This document shows positions 12,440 to 25,830 of a stretch of 64,000 nucleotides of DNA, piece by piece. The notes under the pieces are model-generated. The model had not been told where the DNA came from and searched no databases. It saw only the letters and a list, made by a program, of their open reading frames with translations. Origin of the DNA: Octopus vulgaris (taxonomy: Eukaryota); NCBI GenBank assembly GCA_951406725.2, contig OX597814.1, positions 156,922,001 through 156,986,000 on the forward strand, in the 5' to 3' direction. Positions within the stretch are counted from its first letter, which is position 1, and every line of letters begins with the position of its first letter. A program made the translations under genes and the position numbers.

Positions 12440-13830
12440 GAGCCAGTGGAAAATAGTTGAGAATTGTTTCTCACCAATAAAATTTGAACTAGTTCATGCA
12501 CAATGGAATTTTGAAGAATCTGAACCAGATCATCTGGTACAATCAGACATAACAAAACCAGTTAACTATTCAACTTGGGCAACACCAATTGTGGTTGTTT
12601 GGATTGGAAGGCAAACAGTTTGATTTATCTTTACATAGATTTTTCTACTGGATTAAAGGAAGTTTTAGAAGACCATTACAACCTTTGATCTATTCATGAA
12701 GATATTTTCAGCAGGTTTAATGGTGGCCATTAATTCACAAAAATTTATTTGTCTGATGCTTATCTTCAAATTGAAACTGATGACTATTCAAAACAACTGT
12801 TGGTAATTAATACACAAGAGGTCTTTTCCAAAATCAAAGATTGTCTTTTTCAACAAGCAATGGACACAATGATATCAGGCATCCCTGGAGATAGCAGATA
12901 TTCCTGCGGCAGTATAGTAACTGAGTCAATGAAATAGAACTATTTTATTGATAGGATACTATATTCCCTACAATGAGTTTATTTGGTTTTCATGTAAGAC
13001 TAGAAAGATGCAACTTTTTTATGACATCAATAAAATATCTTGATTTTATTACCAATAAAGATGGTTGTAAACCAGACCCAGCAAACAAAAGCTATTATGA
13101 AATGCCAGTTTCCTCAAATATTATCAAGTCGAGATCATTTCCTGCACTTTTAGCAATTACAGTGTGTCCCTAACTTTCATGAACTTTTTACACCATGTAC
13201 TTCAGAAAAATCTAAAGTGGAACTAGACACTTACATGCAAGAGAGCTTTTGAAGAGGCAAACAAATCATTACAATCTGGTTTATTATATTAACTCATTAT
13301 GACCCAAACTTAGAGATAATACTAGCTGCAGATGCTTCTGATTATGGTATTGGAGCTATCATATCACATGTATTCCTGGATCCATTGAAAAGGCAAGAGT
13401 AAAGCAGAAAGAATTTAGTCAAACAGAAAAGGAATTATTAGCACTTGTTTTTGTAGTTAAAAGAGTTCATAAAATGATGATTGGAAAAACTCATGTTTTA
13501 TTTACCAACTATAAACACTTTGCATCTATTTTTAACTCAAATGACAGCATTCCAATTTACTCAGCAAATCACTTTCAAAGATGGCCAGCAATGCTACTGG
13601 GTTATAACTTCCAAATTAAATACAAGTCAATGAGTGAATCTGGTAAAGCTGATCATTAATTGTATCTCCAATTGAATCAAAAGTTAGACTATAATGATGT
13701 GGTTATTGCTTCCATTTGTATGGATAATGATGTGTAAAATGTTTTATTTACTGCAATAGATGCCATTCCTGTGTCAGAAGATATGGTTGAAGATGCATCA
13801 AGAAAAGATCCTACCTGACAGTTGGTTTGT
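12440..13830 (+). mobile_element. Decayed Ty3/Gypsy pol (RT + RNase H)
   Basis: [62 protein letters not shown]...LLGYNF; many stops; no LTRs seen. Confidence 0.85.
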
Positions 13831-14505
13831 AAACCCCAACAAATCTGAGTGTCTGAGTTTTTATTGTACATAATTTTGTCGTACCAAAAAGTTACATAAA
13901 TGACATTATTTATTTTTCCAGGTAATGGATATCTAACCAATATACTGTGAGTTATTTATCATTCATAATGCATTTTCAGATCAGGCATACATGTGGTTAA
14001 AGAATCTGCTTTGCAACTATATTGTTTCAGGTTCAGTCCCACTGTGTGACACTTTGGGTAAATGCCTTCTGCTTTAGTCATGGGAAACCAATGTTGTATG
14101 AGTGAATTTGGTCAGCAAAACCCATGTGGAGGCTCCTCATACATATATACATGCATATATGCTTGTTTGTGATAGTCTCTTACCACTTGGTAGTCCGTGC
14201 AAGTTTGTAGGTTTGTTTACATCCTCATAACTTAGTAGTTCAACTAATAAGAGACCAACAGAGTAAGTAATAGACTCCAAAGAGGTACTGGGTTAATTTG
14301 GCAGACAGAAAGGACCCTGCAAGATGTTGTCCTAGCATAGCTCAGCCCAAGGACTGCCAAATTAAAGGAATATACATGTATATATGCATAGATACACATG
14401 CATATTATTGATAATGTGTCTTGAAATGAATACAACAATAAATAATAGTTTCGTTTTTGTATTTGGTTTGCAAGATTCTTTATATGAGTTTGTGTGCCGA
14501 AGCAT

Positions 14506-14676
14506 ATTCTGTTGTGTCTGGGGAGAATCATTCTCTTTTTGTGCCTTATAATGTAATACACTCACCGGTAAAATTTTAGGAAAATAAAAATAAGAAATAA
14601 GTGGAAATTTTACCGGTGAGTGTGTTACATTATAAGGCACAAAAAGAAAATGGCTCTCCCCAGACACAACAGAATA
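14506..14676. repeat. Fold-back inverted repeat, ~72-bp arms
   Basis: tattctgttgtgtctggggaga...ctcaccggtaaaattt is mirrored by aaattttaccggtgag...tctccccagacacaacagaata. Confidence 0.9.
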
Positions 14677-15339
14677 AATAATAGAATATAAAGACATTGG
14701 AATAAAAAACAAAATCTGTTGGACAGGAAAAGGGTAGAAATCTGCCTGTGAGACTTTAACAGTTCTCCTTCTATAATTATATATATATATATATAGATAT
14801 ATACATAAACATACATAAAAAAAATATGTATTTTTACACTTTTGTATGTATGGATGTTTCCTCATTGAATACAGAAAGTTTTTATGTTATAAAATAGTCA
14901 CAAATTCAACTTCTAGTGAAAGTACTTGCAATTTAAGGGTATCTAAAAATTTTTGACAACCACTTACAGTTAATACAAAATGTTTATAAAGCTACTTCTC
15001 TCTGATTAGATACAGTTCTCATTCAATCTTTTCCCAAATCATTAAAGTTGCAATGATTATCATTTTAAATTCCACTGTGTATATTTCATGCACTATTTAT
15101 GAACACTAATATAAAACTGTTTTACTCACTAATATGAATTTACAAAAAATTATTTTCTTTTTATTTATTTATTTATCTCAAAATATTTAACCAATAATTG
15201 CAAGTAATTGAGTTTGTATAAGTTTATCATCATTTATGGATAAGTGCACGTGTAAGGATTAAATCAATAACAAAGTAGACAGATATTACTGACATATCAA
15301 AAAGTAATTTTCACTGATTATTTTTCCTTCATTGAAATA

Positions 15340-15468
15340 TACATACATATGTACATATACATACATACATACATACATACATACATACATACATACATAC
15401 ATGCATGCATGCATGCATACATACATACATACATACATACATACATACATACATACATACACATAGAC

Positions 15469-15505
<37 letters not shown>

Positions 15506-15529
15506 TGTACATACATACATACATACATA

Positions 15530-15560
<31 letters not shown>
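15340..15560. repeat. (TACA)n/(TA)n compound microsatellite
   Basis: Directly visible. Confidence 0.95.
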
Positions 15561-16591
15561 GACTGTACAAAGCTAAAAGAAAAGATAAGATATAAATTGA
15601 AAATTAATTTTCAAGTAAAAGAAATGTCTTAAAACAAGAAAAGCAAGATAAAAATTAGTTGATCAACAGAATTGGTTGTAAGATAAGTTCTATAAATGAT
15701 TAGACGAAATAACAAATAAATCAGAAAGTAAAAATAACATTTATTAAAAAACTATGAGATCCAGTGATGTAACAGTGAAAGATATATATAACGTTGAATC
15801 AATAGGAAATATGTCTACTAGCTAGAAGTTTAATGATCTTTAAGTCATGAACTGCACTGGACTCTTTCTCTCTCTCTCTGACAAAATCATTTAATTTGTA
15901 GACAATTTAGCTGCAATTAGGCACCATGAGAAAGTATAAGTCACCAATATACTTTTTTTTTAGACTTTTTAGTTAAAGAATGAAAGGTAGTGACCATGGC
16001 CTTTTATTTTGTTCAGGGCCTCCGGGACTGGTGAGAGGAAGGAAGTAAGGAATCCTTAAACTAGAGACTTGAACACTGCAACACTTGCAACAGAGCAAAC
16101 TCTACTAACCAAGTGGGCTTCTCCCAAGGAACAGATGATGGCATTAAACTGTGTAGTGGATTGAGTCTTCCATCCAGGAATTCAGAACACAAGAAGCTAG
16201 AAGAAATAATGAAATGCAAAGCTGACTTTGGCATGATTTGAACTCAGAGTGCTCAGATCTGGAGAAAATACCTCAAGGCATTTTGTCCTAGTCTCTACTG
16301 GTTCTACCATTTCATTGTCTATTGTAAGTCACTGCCTATAATTATAGGATGTTGTGTAATAGATAAGCATTTTGTTAGTTTGAAACACTTGTTGCAAAAC
16401 ACTGGTCATAAAGCCATGATAATTGTTTGCATTTGAAGCACAAATCCTTCTGAGTGCAAAGCATATCAAAGGGGTACAAAACATCTCTCAACCATTCTCC
16501 ATCATAAAAACTGAGATAATAATAAATATCATGAGTTGGAAAAAACACAACAGTTACTAACCTTATGCAGAATTTAAATGAGATCTACATT

Positions 16592-17005
16592 GCGCAGGAG
16601 TGGCCATGTGGTATGTAGCTTGCTTCCCAACCACATGGTTCCAGGTTCAGTCCCACTGCGTGGCACCTTTGGCAAGTGTCTTCTACTATAGCCTTGGGCC
16701 GACCAAAGCCTTGTGAGTGGATTTGGTAGACAGAAACTAAAAGAAGCCCGTCGTATATATATACATATATATATATGTATATATATATATATAGATGTGT
16801 GTTCGTGTGTCTGTGTTTGTCCCCCCAACATCACTTGACAACTGATGCTGGTGTGTTTATGTCCCTGTAACTTAGTGGTTCGGCAAAAGAGACCGAAAGA
16901 ATAAGTACCAGGCTTACAAAGAATAAGTCCGAGTGTTGATTTGCTTGACTAAAGGCGGTGCTCCAGCATGGCTGCTGTCAAATGACTGAAAAAATTAAAA
17001 GAGAG
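16592..17005 (+). mobile_element. SINE family A, full length
   Basis: High similarity to 5098-5494. Confidence 0.9.
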
Positions 17006-17276
17006 TGTTAGAATACTATGTCAATATCTGAGCTGGTGTTGCTACTACACTTACAAATATCCTGGATAACACCCACTAGAAAACTGACTGATTCATTGAC
17101 TTAGAGTTACTCTCCACCACACTCCAAATTCAGGTCTGCCAACATGCTGTCTCTCAACTCTGCTTTTTTCTACTACAACAATAGTAACCTCAGGTCTACT
17201 ACTGCCATTACTTCAGTTGCTTCATTCAGGCTCAGCTCACTTGTCCAATCTCTTTTCATCACATATATTCTTTACC

Positions 17277-17753
17277 TTTCACAAGAGATGATACAGGTGG
17301 TAGTTTTCCATATATTTGTATTTTGGTTGGATGACGCTTCCACAAGAGATTTTGAACTCTCATAAGGAGGTGAGTGTAAGTTCCATCCAACCGCCTCTCA
17401 AGCTTCTTTGATAATGTCCAGGTTTCTGAGCCATATAGTAGAATTGGTTTGACTGTGGCTTTGAAGATTTTAAGTTTGAAGTTTCTACTTAGATTTGATG
17501 ACCAGATCATCTCTTGTGAAAAGTAGGAGAGTCCAGTTTGCTGGACATTGTTGTAGAGCTGAAAACAAGGCAATTTCTACTCTTCTCCTCTGGAAGCCAT
17601 CTATCAGAGGGCACACACTCTCTTACCCTGAAGTAATCTCCAGGGATACAGGCATCCAGCAACAGGACCTCTGTAATGCTATGATGGCCCGTGAAGTCTG
17701 GCGTGGCATAGTAAATTCCTTGTCTTGACCGCGGTCGAACAATGATGATGATG
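17277..17753 (+). mobile_element. 5'-truncated, 5'-inverted RTE-clade LINE (second family) with 10-bp TSD
   Basis: Minus-strand segment ILLYGSETWTL...PPVSSLVK, then plus-strand SSLVKSRRVQFAGH...W and (GAT)n tail; TSD attctttacc at 17267 and 17754. Confidence 0.85.
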
Positions 17754-18400
17754 ATTCTTTACCCCTTCCAAACCCTACACTATCCATTACACACTATCTG
17801 TCTGATGTAGGATGTTAATCCTCTGGAATTCCTTCCCTACCCATGTTTTTTCTTGCACCCCTATTCCTTTCCCCTGTCAACTTGCATCTGTTCTAAAACC
17901 TCATCGATCTCACCAGTTACAGAAGTCCGGTGCAACACAACCCTCATCTTCCTATTTAAAGAAAAAAATTAATGCCACATTAACTCTTCTGCCCCTCCAC
18001 TTAAACATAGGGTTTTTGTGATGGGTCCAAAATTAATCAATATGTTATTTAATGGGGTTCTTTTGTTTGCTATAATAAAATATCCTTATTACATGCTTTT
18101 ATGGGATGAAATGAAAAGTATTTTATATGATTGTTATTAAATGTTTTATGCAAAACCATTAAACATTTTTATTTTGTAAATATTTCTTTATCATTTATTT
18201 ATTTATTACTTCATATCTCTAAATGAATAAATGTAAAAAATCTCATTGCATTGCATAATATATTATTGAGTTTGAATTACTTGTAAATGACAACAACAAT
18301 AATAACAATTTCTATAGATGATACATATTTCTAACACATTAACAATGATGATGTTGATAATGATGACAATGACAAAGAAGATGACAGCAACAACAAGTGC

Positions 18401-18433
<33 letters not shown>

Positions 18434-18581
18434 TTCAAATTTTGGCTCAAGGCCAGCAATTTTGGGTGAGGAGAGAAGTTTATTACATCAACCCCAGTGT
18501 TCAACTGGTGCTTATTTTATCAATCCTGAAAGGATGAAAGGCAAAGTTGATCTTGGCAGAATTAATAATAATTATAATAAT

Positions 18582-19110
18582 ATTGGGTTGTCCAGAAAGT
18601 TTGTGCTGATTTTTAAAGGAAAGAAAAAGGTCAATAAATACTTGCCATTACGTTTTTAATCAACCAAATATGAACCATTTTGTTGCACAATGCGTCTCCA
18701 TCTTTCCTTTAACTTGAAAATACCCTCTTTCCAGAATTGAGGTGGTTTCATGGCAAAGAATTCATCAAGGTATCTTTTTACATCATCTAAGGAATTGAAA
18801 TTTTTACCATGAAAACTATTCTGCAGAGACCTGAATTAGTGGAAATCCAAAGGAGCAATATTTGGTGAATATGGAGGGTGGGGTAACACATCCCAGCCCA
18901 GCTGCAGCAATTTTTGTCTGGTTCCCAAAGTATCAAGTGCCAAAAATGAACTTTCTTATCTTCCATTTTAAAGGGTTACAGAATTAACACAGGTCATAGG
19001 AACATAAATCTTCTTCTACGAAAAGATAGCTTAAACTGTGCTCTAAAAGGAGGTGTAGTCAAATCCTATTTTATGGACTCAACTATGTTCTAAAATAAGT
19101 CAAAAGGTAA
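18582..19110 (-). mobile_element. Internally deleted mariner element
   Basis: Mariner-type end tattgggttgtcc; minus strand LGWDVLPHPPYSPNIAPLDFH. Confidence 0.8.
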
Positions 19111-19479
19111 TCCAACCAAAATATCTCAGTTACACAAACGTAAATGGAATTACTATTTAACTCTAAAATACATCATACATATTCAAAGAACCTTCTTGTT
19201 TTAGTGGTACAGAACGTTTTTCTGATATTCTTTTATTCTTTTACTTGTTTCAGTCATTTCACGGTGGCCATGCTAGAGCACAACCCTTTAGTTGAAGAAA
19301 TTGACCCCTGGACTTATTCCCTGTAAGCCTGGTGCCTATTCTATCAGTCTCTGCTGCTGAACAGCTAAATTACAGGGACACAAATGCACCAACATCGGTT
19401 GTCAAGCAATGGTGGTGGTGGGACAAACACAAACACAAACACACACATACACACATACATGATGGAGCGGCTGGGGTGC

Positions 19480-20200
19480 TAGTGATGCTAGCTGGTGCGG
19501 TGGTCTTTCTCACAGTACTTCATGGTAGACAATATTTTGTGTGTATGTCACACCATATTTTTGGCCTTGTCTGTTATCTCAATTGAGTGCTATAATTCTT
19601 ACTTTGATATTGTTCATAGCTCGTGCTCTTGAAAATGTGACATATAATTGGCCATGAGGAAATACCGGTTGAGGCAAATGTATTCCAACTTTTTCAGATG
19701 TTTACCCTTGAGCTTTATTAATTGTTACTGAATATGCAAGTGAAAGTGGAAACCGAAGACTGTTTAGTGTGAATGGAATATCTGCATCATTTGAGCTAAG
19801 TTTAATTCTGGGAATTAGAACTGTACAACTTCTGTTGGAACCTGTTACCAATGATGCCTCTACACAATGTTCATGGAGTCTAAACGCCAGGTCATAGTGC
19901 TAGTGCATGCATATACAGCTGCATGCATGCGCACATACACGCGAGTACTGTCCAAATGTCTGACCAATCACATTCAGCTAGCTGGCATTCAATTGGCATA
20001 TCAAGTTTCAGGCATTTTGATTGGGTTTTGGATAAAAAATTCACAAAAATGTCACTTCTATTGATTTTTTAATGGCTTTGCGAGGTAACTGGGGAAATGT
20101 AAAGATGTGCACGACCACCTTTGTACGGTTTTGAATGACCATAGAAAGTGCGAGCCCTCTAACTGAAAAATTGTGGGTTTGTATAAAGGACACTCTCTCT
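19480..20200 (-). mobile_element. Helitron remnant with Pif1-like helicase C-terminal motifs
   Basis: Minus strand FPLSLAYSVTINKAQG*...VGIHLPQPVFPHGQLYVTFSRA. Confidence 0.8.
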
Positions 20201-20249
20201 CTCTCACACACACACACAGACATTTTGCTGTTTATATATACACACTATC

Positions 20250-20580
20250 AAGATGTAGGACAAGATTCTGTGATAGCCTGGGCTTCCGAGGCCCACAGCT
20301 CTTCAATATCCTCCCGAAGAACCTGAGAGACCTGCATGGGGTGGATACAGATGTCTTTAAAATGAAGCTGGATCTCTTCCTGTCAGGTGTCCCAGATGAA
20401 CCAACTTCATGGCAGGAGGGGCAGATGAGGGCAGCTGCATCGAACTCTCTCATGCACCAAATAGCAGCTGCTAGAAAGCCTTCATGAAGTGAAACCAAGT
20501 AGCAACACCAAATGGCGGTGCCCCAGCATGGCCACAGCTCATAAGCTGAAACTGGAAAAATCAAAATCAAAATCAAAATC
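20250..20580 (+). mobile_element. 3' end of CR1-group LINE with (aaaatc)n tail
   Basis: SLGFRGPQLFNILPKNLRDL..FKMKLDLFLSGVPDEP...AASNSL. Confidence 0.75.
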
Positions 20581-21473
20581 ACACACACACATATATATAT
20601 ATACACACATATATATATATCATCATCATCATAACTGTTTAACATCTGCTTTCCATGCTGGCATAGTTTGAATGTTTGACTGAAAATTGGTAAGCTGGGG
20701 AGCTGCACCAGGTTCCAATCTGATTTGACATGGTTTCTACGGCTGGATACCCTTCCTAATCCCAACCACTCCAAGAGTGTAATGGGTGCTTTTTATGTGC
20801 CATTGATGTGACACCAGCATCAGCCACAACTATGATCTCACTTGACTTAACAGGTCTACACAAGCATGGTATATCACCAACGGTATTGGTTACCTTTGGC
20901 AATATAGTGTTCTTGTTTAGACTTGTCAAGCCGAAAACATTATTGGTTGCACATACACAGTGTATGTGTTTTGTTTATTTTGTTTATTTGCCAAATTTGC
21001 TGCTGGATAGTACCAGGAAAAGTTCCCACTCAACAGACCAATTGAGACAACTTGTTTTTGAATTACTGAGAATGGTGGATAATGATATTTTGCCCTTTTT
21101 TTGGTTTATCAATATCATTTACTTGGATCACCTTTAAACAAAGTGAATTGCTGGTCTGTGGCTTACATGCCAAGACAGTGAAGTTTATTTGCTGATGTGC
21201 TGTAGCATAGTACATGTGAAAGAGAATTAAATAAGGAATTAAAAGCAACTCTAGTGATGGAAAAATTATCAGTCACACATAGTCTTTATTTTTTCTATGT
21301 GTTTTCCCTGAACAATATTCTACCGCAAATTTGGTGCATAAACAATACACATACACAACATATGTGCGACTGATAATGTTAACATTACTGGAGTTGCTTT
21401 CCATTCCTAATTTAATTTTCTTTCAGATGTGCTATACCACAGTACATCAGTAATTAGACTTCACTCAATTTGC

Positions 21474-21741
21474 ATATGAGTCATAGACCAGCAATACTCT
21501 TTATTTCCAGACAATCTGTATACATTGTATTGCTAAGCCACAAAAAAATGGTAAAATATTAGTATCTTATTCTTGATAATTCCAGAGCAGGTTGACTCAC
21601 CTGATCTGGAACATTTGCATGTTTTTTAACACTCAGTGTCATGAAGAGAGCTTTCCCTGGATGTCATCCCACAGCAAATTTGGTGTATAAACAAACCACA
21701 TCCACTAAGTATGTGTGACTTGTAATATATATACATATGTA

Positions 21742-21798
<57 letters not shown>

Positions 21799-21852
21799 TA
21801 GAAAAAACCCACCTTTTATTGATTCAAAATGAACAATTAAATTACACCATCT

Positions 21853-21922
<70 letters not shown>

Positions 21923-21925
21923 GTT

Positions 21926-21981
<56 letters not shown>

Positions 21982-22013
21982 GGTAGATAGATAGATAGAT
22001 ACATATACATATA

Positions 22014-22099
<86 letters not shown>

Positions 22100-22333
22100 G
22101 AGGAGTGTATTTTTACCTTGTTAACAATTAACACGGAAAAAATAAATAAATAGTTACCAGGGCATGTGTTATTGTTATTGACGTAATGCAAATGTTCCAG
22201 ATCAGGTGAGACAACCTGCTCTGGAATTATCAAGAACAAGATACTAATATTTTACCATTTTTTTGTGGCTTAGCAATACAATGTATACAGATTGTCTGGA
22301 AATAAAGAGTATTGCTGGTCTATGACTCATATG
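21474..22333. repeat. Near-perfect ~147-bp inverted duplication bracketing (TA)n/(GATA)n tracts
   Basis: 21474-21620 is the reverse complement of 22186-22333 with only a few mismatches. Confidence 0.9.
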
Positions 22334-22602
22334 TCTCCCCATTGACACTTGTTGGTGTGTTTACATCTCCGTATCTTAGTGGATTGGCACAAGAGACCTG
22401 TAGAATAAGTACTAGGCTTACACAGAATAAGTTTTAGGGTAGATTTGTTTGACTAGAGGTGGTGCTTCAGCATGGCCACAGTCAAAAGACAGAAACAAGT
22501 AAAAAAAAATAAAAGAAAGAAGGAATAAAAGAATATATATATATATACATGTATGTATTTATGTATGTATGTATATATATGTATGTATATATGTATGTAT
22601 AT

Positions 22603-22928
22603 TTTCTTGTGTCATGGGAGAGTGATACTAATAATGAATGCAGAGATTCAATTCCACTTCTTTATTATTAGTCAATTAGTTAAATATCTAATATTTTTTC
22701 ACATGCTCGTTAAACAATCAATCAGCTACTTTTTTTTGTTGCAAACAGCAATGAAAGAACTTTGATGCACAAACAAGCAAGTGATTGTTTAAACTAACAA
22801 ATTAAACAAACAATCAATTAATTAGTTGGTTAATTATTTAACCAATTGATTAATAATAAAGAAGTGGAATTGAACCTGTGCATGTGTTATTATTATTGAC
22901 GTAATGACTCACCCAAGACACAATAAAC
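22603..22928. repeat. Diverged fold-back inverted repeat
   Basis: ttcaattccacttctttattatta mirrored by taataataaagaagtggaattgaa; right flank related to the 14.45-14.6 kb family. Confidence 0.75.
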
Positions 22929-22986
22929 TTTTTTTCAACACACTGTTTCACACAATGAATCTTGCAAACAAATTACAAAATGGAAA

Positions 22987-23083
<97 letters not shown>

Positions 23084-23312
23084 ACATATAGGCATAGGCA
23101 TGGCTGTGTGGTTAGAAGCTTGCTTTCCAACCATATGGCTCCAGGTTCAGTCCTACTGTGTGGCACATTAGGCAAGTGTCTTCTACTATAGCCTTGAGCT
23201 GACCGAAGCTCTGTGAGTGGATTCAGTAGATGGAAATTCAAAGAAGCCCATCTTATATATATGTGTACATATATATGTAGATAGGTAGATAGATAGACAG
23301 ATAGGTAGATAG

Positions 23313-23383
<71 letters not shown>

Positions 23384-23407
23384 CTTATATGTATACATAT
23401 ACACCTA

Positions 23408-23445
<38 letters not shown>

Positions 23446-23454
23446 CATACAAAA

Positions 23455-23925
23455 TCAAAACTGTTGACATGGCCGATGATAGTAGTGCCTGATAGGCACT
23501 CATGTCAGTGGAATGTTAAAAGCACATCCAGGTATTTTTGCCAGGGCTACGGATTGGCTGCTGTGCTGGTGGCATGTAAAAAGCACCATTCGAGTGTGAT
23601 TGTTGCCAGCATCGCCTTACCGGCACATGAAAAACAACATTCGACCTTGATCATTGCCAGTGCCACTGGACTGGCTCCTGTGCAGGTAGCACATAAAAAA
23701 CACCTTTTGAGCATGGCTGTTGCCAGAACCGCCTGACTAGCCCTCATGCTGGTGGCATGTAAAAGCACCCACTACACTCTTGGAGTGGTTGGTGTTAGGA
23801 AGGGCATCCAGCTGTAGAGGCTTTGCCAGTTCAGATTGGAATCTGGTGCAGCCTTCTGGCTCGCCAGTCCTCAATTAAACCATCCAACCCATGCCAGCAT
23901 GGAAAGGGGACATTAAACGATGACA
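23455..23925 (+). mobile_element. RTE LINE 3' UTR-only insertion
   Basis: Modular UTR repeats, ggaagggcatccagc, tail acattaaacgatgac. Confidence 0.8.
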
Positions 23926-24063
23926 ATACACACACAAGTGAGCACATAAGTGCAAAACAAGGTGGAAAAAATAGTACTCGAATACCAAAGGTAGAGTAAT
24001 ATGCTTTTATTGAAGCTGCAAAATTATGATAATTTTGCGGCTTAATGTGTGTGTGTGTGTGTG

Positions 24064-24094
<31 letters not shown>

Positions 24095-24454
24095 ATGCAA
24101 ATGGGTATGTATATATGTACCAAACTAAACAAGGCAGTGTTTTTCAAAATGGCGGCAAACACCTTTCTCCATGTGATTGGCTTGAAAAATTGTTAAGACA
24201 CTAGGATATTTACCTACTTTTCTTAACATATAGCCAATGGTAGCCTTATTTCACAAATAAAGAAATTACATCCACCAATGTGGTGTTGAGCATGGCTGTA
24301 GTCTAATGACTGAAAGAAATAAAAGGGTAAAATAATTATTTGAATTTATCTTTCTATATAAAAAGAGCCTAAATTAATTCTATACCTTAAGCTGACACTT
24401 TCCATCATACCCAACAAAATAAGCTGTGTGTTTGCATCAAAAAATAATAATAAT

Positions 24455-24700
24455 TCCTTCTACTTAAGGCACAAAGCCTGAAATTTTGTGGGAGGGATCT
24501 AGTCAATTACATCGACCCCAGTGTTTCACTGGTACTTAATTTATCGACCCTAAAATGATGAAAGGCAAAGTAAACCTTGGTGGAATTTGAACTCAGAACA
24601 CTAAGCATTTTGCCCATTGAGCTAATGATTCTGCTAGCTTACCACCTTTAATAATAACAATAATAATAATAAGAAGAATAAGAAGAATAAGAATAACAAC

Positions 24701-24734
<34 letters not shown>

Positions 24735-24932
24735 TTGATGATGATGATTTCAAATTTTTGCCACAAGAGCAGCTTAGGGGAGGGGATGAAGTTGATTACA
24801 TTGACCCCAGTGCACAACTGGTACTTATTTAATCAACTCCGAAAGGATGAAAAGCAAAGTGGACCTCAGCAGAATTTGAACTCAGAATGTAAAGGCGGAT
24901 GAAATTCTGCTAAAAATTTTGCTTGGTGTGCA
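24455..24932 (-). mobile_element. Two SINE family B copies separated by (AAT)n
   Basis: Both carry gaccccagt...gatgaaa.gcaaagt..acct...gaatttgaactcagaa. Confidence 0.75.
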
Positions 24933-25335
24933 ATCATAATAATAATAATAATAATAACAACCACAAAAACAACAACAACAACAATAATAATAATAATTGT
25001 AGCCATGTGTGATAAACAGCATTCACATATGGTGAATCAAACCAAAATTAGAGGGAACAGCATTGTAGTCTCCCTGAGGAATTTGGCTACGTAATAAATT
25101 ATACACAGTGCTATGTGCTTAATAGAATTTAGAAAATAAGTGTTATTTTCCTCATTGATTGTCCTTGTCATTTTAGCTGTTGTTGTTGTTGATGAAGATG
25201 ATAATGGAGAAAGAAAATGAGGAAGAAGAGCAGGAGGTGGAAGAGAGCAATTTCGAAGAGAGTCTAGCAATGATTAAATGTCTAAATGTCTGTGATGAGA
25301 TATCGTTAATATGAGAAATTAGAAATCATACAACA

Positions 25336-25765
25336 CTGATAATGATGATGATGATTATGATGATTGCTGTGATAGTACTTATGGTGGTGATGATGTGGGT
25401 GATAGTGAGGAGAATGGCGATGAGAATGGTGGTGGTGGTGGTGGTGATGATGGTCGTAATGGTGGAGAAGGTACTGATGATGATGGTAGTGGCAGTGGTG
25501 GTGGTGATGATGATGATGATGATGAGGATGATGAGGATGAAGGTATTGGTGGTGATGATGAGGGTGATAGTGAGGAGTACGTTGATGATGGTGGAGGTGA
25601 TGATGTTAATGATGATGATGATGATGATGGTAGTGGTGGTGGTGGTGGTTGTGGTGGTGGTCGTGGTGGTAATGATGATGATGATGATAATGATGATGAT
25701 GATAATGCCAATGATGATGATGGTGGTGGAAGCTATGGCAATGACGAGGATAGTGGTTGTGATGA

Positions 25766-25796
<31 letters not shown>

Positions 25797-25830
25797 TGTG
25801 GTGGTAGAGATGAGAACATAGGAGGAGGAA
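25336..25830. repeat. (GAT)/(GGT) low-complexity trinucleotide tract
   Basis: Directly visible; explains the spurious homopolymer ORFs. Confidence 0.9.

Noticed and set aside
16002-16050. Possible microexon (ttttattttgttcag...gtgaga/gtaagg)
   Set aside because: Splice-like signals alone are common by chance; no supporting neighbouring exons.
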